Source of the DNA: Entomortierella parvispora E1425 | Lineage: Eukaryota; Fungi; Mortierellomycota | Assembly (NCBI GenBank): GCA_020891255.1 | Contig: BQFW01000004.1 | Span: 2,108,001-2,172,000, forward strand | DNA: 64,000 bases | Direction of reading: 5' to 3' | Part shown: positions 58,773 through 64,000 of the stretch, one piece after another | How the letters are laid out: each line of letters starts with the position of its first letter | How positions within the stretch are numbered: position 1 is the stretch's first letter | Notes under the pieces: generated by a model | Databases searched by the model: none | Seen by the model: only the letters and a program-made list of their open reading frames with translations | What the model was told of the DNA's origin: nothing | Translations under genes and position numbers: made by a program

Positions 58773-60944
58773 TCAGACAGTTCCGAACATCTTGCGGTAC
58801 TTGGCGGGTCCATCCCATGTGCCCTTGAGCATATACTTCCAGTAGATATCAGGGATGATCTATACGATGAAAGGAAAGGAAGAAAGGGAGCCTATTAGCA
58901 CTCTGCGAAGGAGGCACCTGTGTTTGTTGTTCCAGTCCAGACACTCTACCTCCTTGGTCAAAAGATAGGTCGACAAACGCTCCTTGGACTGGTCAAAAGG
59001 GAAGGTCTCCTGGGGCTTTCCGGTGTATCCACTGAACTCGGCCAAGATGAGCTTGTCAGAGCCAGTGATCAGCTATTTTGTAAAAGAAAGAAAGAAAAAG
59101 TCAGTGGGGCATTCTATGAGAAGAGAGGAACCTACTTTCAAGAAATCCCTCTTACTGGGCAACTGGTGTATCCGTCGTATGTGATCTTCTCGTTCTCTCC
59201 AAAGATATCCCCGAGCAAGTTGTTCTTGACGACTGCGCTTTGGGCCGTGATGGCAGCTGCGGTCTTGGAAGTGGGCAAACTTGAGCAATCACCAAGACTA
59301 TAGATGTTGGAGAACTTGTTGTGACGGAGCGTATCCTTGTCAACATCGACCCATCCGTCAGCGTTAGAGATAGGGGAGGCCTTAATAAAGTCGGGTGCGC
59401 TCATGGGTGGGGTGACGTGCAAGAAATCATAGGGCAAAGTCAACGTTGAGCCCTTGGCCTCGCCTCCAATGACGTTGAAGACGGCCTCCTTGGAGTCGGG
59501 TCGGATCTCTGCCAAGTCTATGAAATAGTTGATATTGAGATCGCGTTCCTTGCAGATCTTGAGCAGTTGGTTCGCGTACTTGTCGATCGCAAAGATCTTG
59601 CCCAATCCAGTAAAATAGTTGATCTTTGTCTTGGGTCGGAGTCCAGCCTTGCGCCATTGCTCCTCAGCCAAGTACATGATCTTTTGAGGTGCACCCGCGC
59701 ACTTGATGGGGGTCGAGGGCATGGTGAAAAGAGCGTTACCGCCCTTGAAGGCCTTGATAAACTCATCCGTCTTTTGCACAGACTGAGCAGAGTAGTTGGA
59801 TGTGACGCCGTTCTTTCCCAGAGTTTCGGGCAAGTTCTTGATCTTTCCCCAATTGGTTTGGATCTAATGTCACGTAAGAGCCAAATTTAAAAAAAAAAAA
59901 GCATCAGTACCTTCCTCCCTGTCAACTCTTGCATCATACCCCAAACCAACTGCAACTCCAATGTATTGCAATTTGCACCCAGTCAACAACAACTTACACC
60001 AGCAGCGACAACCAGGTAGTCGTACGAGATCTAATATACGAGAAATCATGAAGTTGGCATGAAAAGTAAAAAGAAAACAATCGTTTTAGTACGTGGGTCC
60101 TGCCATGCCATGCATTTGAACCGTCATTTCCCGTTCACTCCGCAATCAATTCGAGAGAGACAAGGTTCGACTGTCCAAGAGGGGGAGTGAGTTTCCCTCC
60201 CTAAATCGGAAAGGGCGCCGATCCCGTCCATCATTGCTCAGTTGATTCCGTACTCCTCCCTCCTCATATGTTCGATATAATGCAGAGTCCTGTTTACTTT
60301 ACCGATTCTCCATTGCCGAGAACAACCGTGTTCTTTCCGGGGTTGAAAGAAGCAACAGACTCCTTGATCCACTGAGCCTTCTCGGGCATGACTTCGCTCA
60401 TCGCCATCTTGGACTCGTCAAAGGTCTTGAGACCACTGCCAACAAATGTCCACAGCGGCTGGTACTATTTGCTCCCGAGATTACAACAAAAAAGACGAAA
60501 AAACACGACCGTTAGTTCAAATCACGGTAGAGGAAATTAAAAACCATCGACGCGCTATCCTGATGTCTCTGCAGTTGAAGATCGTCAGACGAGGCAGGAG
60601 GGGAGACTAAAAAACTCTGGGTCCTTACGTAGTGCACATCAGCGGGCTCGACAACAGCGACGGCATTGTTTCCCAGGGTATTAGCAAGAGTCGAGGCAAC
60701 AGAAAGTCCAGCAGAGCCACCACCTACATAACATGAATAAAAAGAGTCGGGTCAGTCAGTTATCGCGAGAAAAGACGATGCAGACAAGTTCCACTTCAAA
60801 GGCATTCTTCGTACCAACGACGACGACCTTGTAGCTTGAGGCACGAGGGGTCGTAGCAGCAACCTGGGCCAAGAAGCGCTTGGACTGGAAGGTGGAACTC
60901 TTTGTTCCGACGCGAGCAACGGAGGAGAGGGTAGAGAACGACAT
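58773..60944 (-). CDS. SQOR: Mitochondrial sulfide:quinone oxidoreductase (Hmt2/SQOR), multi-exon
   Basis: Presequence; VVVVGGGSAG FAD motif; YQPLWTFVG; PIKCAGAPQK; LGDCSSLPTSKTAAA; YDGYTSCPL; IYWKYMLKG. Confidence 0.95.
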
Positions 60945-61522
60945 GTCAAAAAAGGAATGAGCGAGTGAAGAATGAATGAATGCGAAAATGAGTCAGGAGA
61001 GAGAGGGAATGAATGAAAGAAGAGGAAAAGAAGAGAAGCAAAGAAAGAAGGAGGGTGGGAAGAAAAGAAGAAAGAAGAGAGAAGACTGCGACCTGTGCCC
61101 GTTGGACAAAGGGACAAACCAAAGGCAGTGATGGGCGATGTCGCCACTTTTGGACTCTGACTGCGCTTGATGCCCTCTGATCGGAAATCGATATGTGATT
61201 GCGTGCTTGCAGAGATCTCTCTTTTGTTGGACTTGTTTCTTTTGCTTCTTTGCTTCCTTTCATTCGTGTGGAGACCACCTGTATCAATTGAGCGGCCTTC
61301 TTTTCTTTGTTTCTTCTTCTCTTCAATCGCATCGCATTCCTTGACAAAGGACATCCACACATAAACACACTTCAGTTCACCAGATGTAAAGAGAAAAAAA
61401 AAAACTCATTCTATTGCAAAACTTTGATACACGCTGGATGGGTAGAAATACAGGGGAAGGGTGGGGCAGAGTGGAGGGGAATATTATCTGTACAAACAAG
61501 GGGAAGGAGAGAAAGCTACTTT

Positions 61523-63528
61523 CTAACGGTAACGATAGATCTCGCAACCGTTCTTCTCTTGGAAGAGGTATTTTTGGTACTTGATCTCCTGGACACGGCA
61601 AAGCCAGTCGCATAGCATCAGTGTCGCCTGTGCATCGCCCAGTGAAGACGTGCAAGGGGTCAGGAAAGGGTGGGTCTCGAGCAAAGTCTGGGCAGACTGA
61701 CGGTCCTTGGGGTTCTCCTGGAGCATACCGCACAACAGATCGGCGGCCTGAATCAACACCAAGGGGTACTGGGATCCCTGGGCAATAAATTCGTTCAAGT
61801 AGGCCACAGTCTGGTTGGTGTTCTCGACCGAAAGGTACTTGGATCCAAAGTAATGAAGATCACAATCAGGAATGTAAGGCTCCAACATCTGGCCGAGAAC
61901 CACTCCCAGAGAGTAAAGATCTGCCGAAGTGGGATCGTGTGACTCGTAGAAGTGAGGCTGCAAGATCTCGGGCGCGATGTAACCGGTGGTACCGCAGGCT
62001 GGCACCTGAGGCTTGGCACTGGTACAGGAGCGATCCACAGTCATGGAAAGACCAAAGTCAATGATGACCACATCCTTCTTGGTATGGGTGACCATGAGGT
62101 TGGAAGGGTTGATATCGAGATGCACAATGTTCTTGGCATGGACCGCGGCAAGGCCAGTGAGGACCTGGCGGACCGTTTTGCGGACCTGGCACAGGCTGTT
62201 GTTCATGGCCTGGATATCAAACTTCTTGAGCATGGGCAAGACCAGGACGGTATCACCATTGTCATTGACAAACGAGTCTTGAAGCTGGATGACATTGGGC
62301 AAGTCGCCAAGGTCATGCAGAAGCTGGAGCTCCTTCTCGGCTAGACCGGCCACGGGCACAGTCTTGAAGGCCAGAGGCATGAAGTCCGCGATGCGGATTC
62401 CAAACTCGATAGTAGAGAGATCGTGCTAAAAAAGAAGAAAAGGGCTGTGCGTTAGTATGATGTGGATGATATGTGGGGGAGGCAGAAATGAAATGAAATG
62501 AACGGTGGCTGGTAACAACAAGGGGGAAGGATGACAAACAACGAGGATGGCTGGTGCGCAAGTGCAGGCTGGCTGTCAACAAACACAGAAAATGACTGGC
62601 AGAAAAAGCATGTGCAAAAAAAAAAAAAAAAAAAAAGAGCCGCGAAGTGGGAACAACCCCTTAAAGATATAAAGTCGCTGAGTTCCCTATCTAAACATCT
62701 GTCTCCGATCATGACACACGGCGATTGACACCAAACAAACAACCCAACCAGCCCACACGAGCCTCCCGCTCGCTCTCCCCGCACAACTCATTTGGCCCGT
62801 TTAGGGAAGAGCACTAGGCCATTGGAGCTGGCTTTGATTCTATTTCTTCTGACTCTTCTTGGGGTGGCCCGTATCCCCTCTGACTCGATCAATGAATGCA
62901 TGGGGGCAAAGGAAGAACTCGGATTCAAAACACAAAAAAATAAAAAACTTACTGTCAGCTTGGGAAACATGTCGTTGACGAGGTAGTCGGTCTGGCCCTT
63001 GGAGGGGTGGTGCTCGCACGGGGCAGTGTACACATAGTCCGTAGGACTTGATGGGGTCGAGGAAGGCGCTGTAATCGATCCCGATCGCTGACCCTGGTTA
63101 CTGCTGCGGTTGGGCTGCTGGGTGGGGACGATCAACAGTGGGCTCGACATCATATCTTCGAGCTTCCCCGCAAGCTGTGTCGAGTGGGTCTTCCTGTGGG
63201 AGAAGTGAGTCTGGATCTCATGAAGAAACGGGTGGTGAGGACGGTGGTGGACAGAGGCGCGCTGAGGTGGACCCATATGGAGCTTTTGATGAAGGATAGC
63301 TTTCCGAAGCGAGTTGGCAGCGGGTCCCTGGAAGGTGCTGTAGGACGAATGGTTGTAGTTGTGTTTGGAGTTTGAGGAATGGGTGCTAAAGAGGCTATCG
63401 GGGCTGTTGGGTGTGCTATGGGTGGCGAGCGGGGCTGAACGAGGAGGAGACGAAGGCGACAGAATGAGGTCGTACTTGTACTCGAGCTCTGAGCTATATA
63501 AGGGGATCGCTATAGACATGGTGGCCAT
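61523..63528 (-). CDS. Atypical non-RD Ser/Thr protein kinase with a disordered N-terminus; intron about 62426-62952
   Basis: LAFK, AEKEL, HLDINPSN, IIDFGLS, GTTGYIAPE, DLYSLG; exon 1 (MATMSIAIP...FPKLT) splices in phase 0 to HDLSTIEFG. Confidence 0.8.
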
Positions 63529-64000
63529 TGGGATATGGGCTGGAGGGGCTTGTGTGGGGAAGGTGCAGAAAGAGATCAGATCTTGTGAACGACGGTCGAG
63601 CAAAAAGATGGACAGGATATAGAGAATGATGGCAGAAACAGGTGTTTGCTGAGAGTGTGGATCAAAAAGTGCATAGAGAAAGTGGACGATGTGCGAAGGG
63701 GCGGTATTTGCGCAAAAGGGGAAGGAGAAGAAGGACAAGTGCAAAGGAAAGAGATGTTGGCAAGCGTGTGTTTAGGAAAGCAAAGCAAGGCAGGGTTGGG
63801 TGGCAATGCAAGGATGTGTGCAGGATGTGGATGGGTTATGACGAGATATGGCACAAGCAGTAATAGGCGAGAGAACAGCAAGAGCAATGCAATTGAGCAG
63901 GCGATAGAAGGCAGAGACGAGTGGCAATTATGAAGTTATTGCAGAAAAACGTTGAAAAAGGGATGAAAAGATGGTAAGGAAGAAAGAGGAAGGTGGATCC

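Noticed and set aside
1-64000. tRNA, rRNA, snRNA genes and CRISPR arrays
   Set aside because: None recognised by eye; tRNAscan-SE or an Rfam scan would be needed to exclude small RNAs.

Overview
Eukaryotic, intron-containing fungal genomic DNA with GT-AG introns, CTRAY-type branch points and long polyQ tracts. The gene content (CARM1, TOK1, an expanded intronless F-box/LRR-like family) fits an early-diverging fungus, probably Mortierellaceae; this is inference, no search was run. Conserved genes from left to right: COX11, a Zn2Cys6 transcription factor, a Cdc4-like WD40 protein without an F-box, a peroxisomal SCP2 protein, SNU13, CGR1, PSY2/PP4R3, a DNAJC9-like J-protein, TOK1, CARM1, MET2-like, sulfide:quinone oxidoreductase and an atypical protein kinase. 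Accessory content: (1) a ~4.8 kb CryptonF-type tyrosine-recombinase element between CGR1 and PSY2, flanked by 15-bp direct repeats and carrying a lox-like palindrome; (2) two oppositely oriented clusters of F-box/LRR-like paralogs in different states of decay (27-33.8 kb and 53.3-56.4 kb); (3) an intron-containing, bacterial-type D-Ala-D-Ala-ligase-like ATP-grasp gene; (4) a divergent pair of Q/N-rich hydrophilins; (5) several small secreted or GPI-type proteins. Several frameshifts fall in homopolymer runs, so assembly error cannot be separated from real decay. No rRNA, tRNA or CRISPR array was seen.
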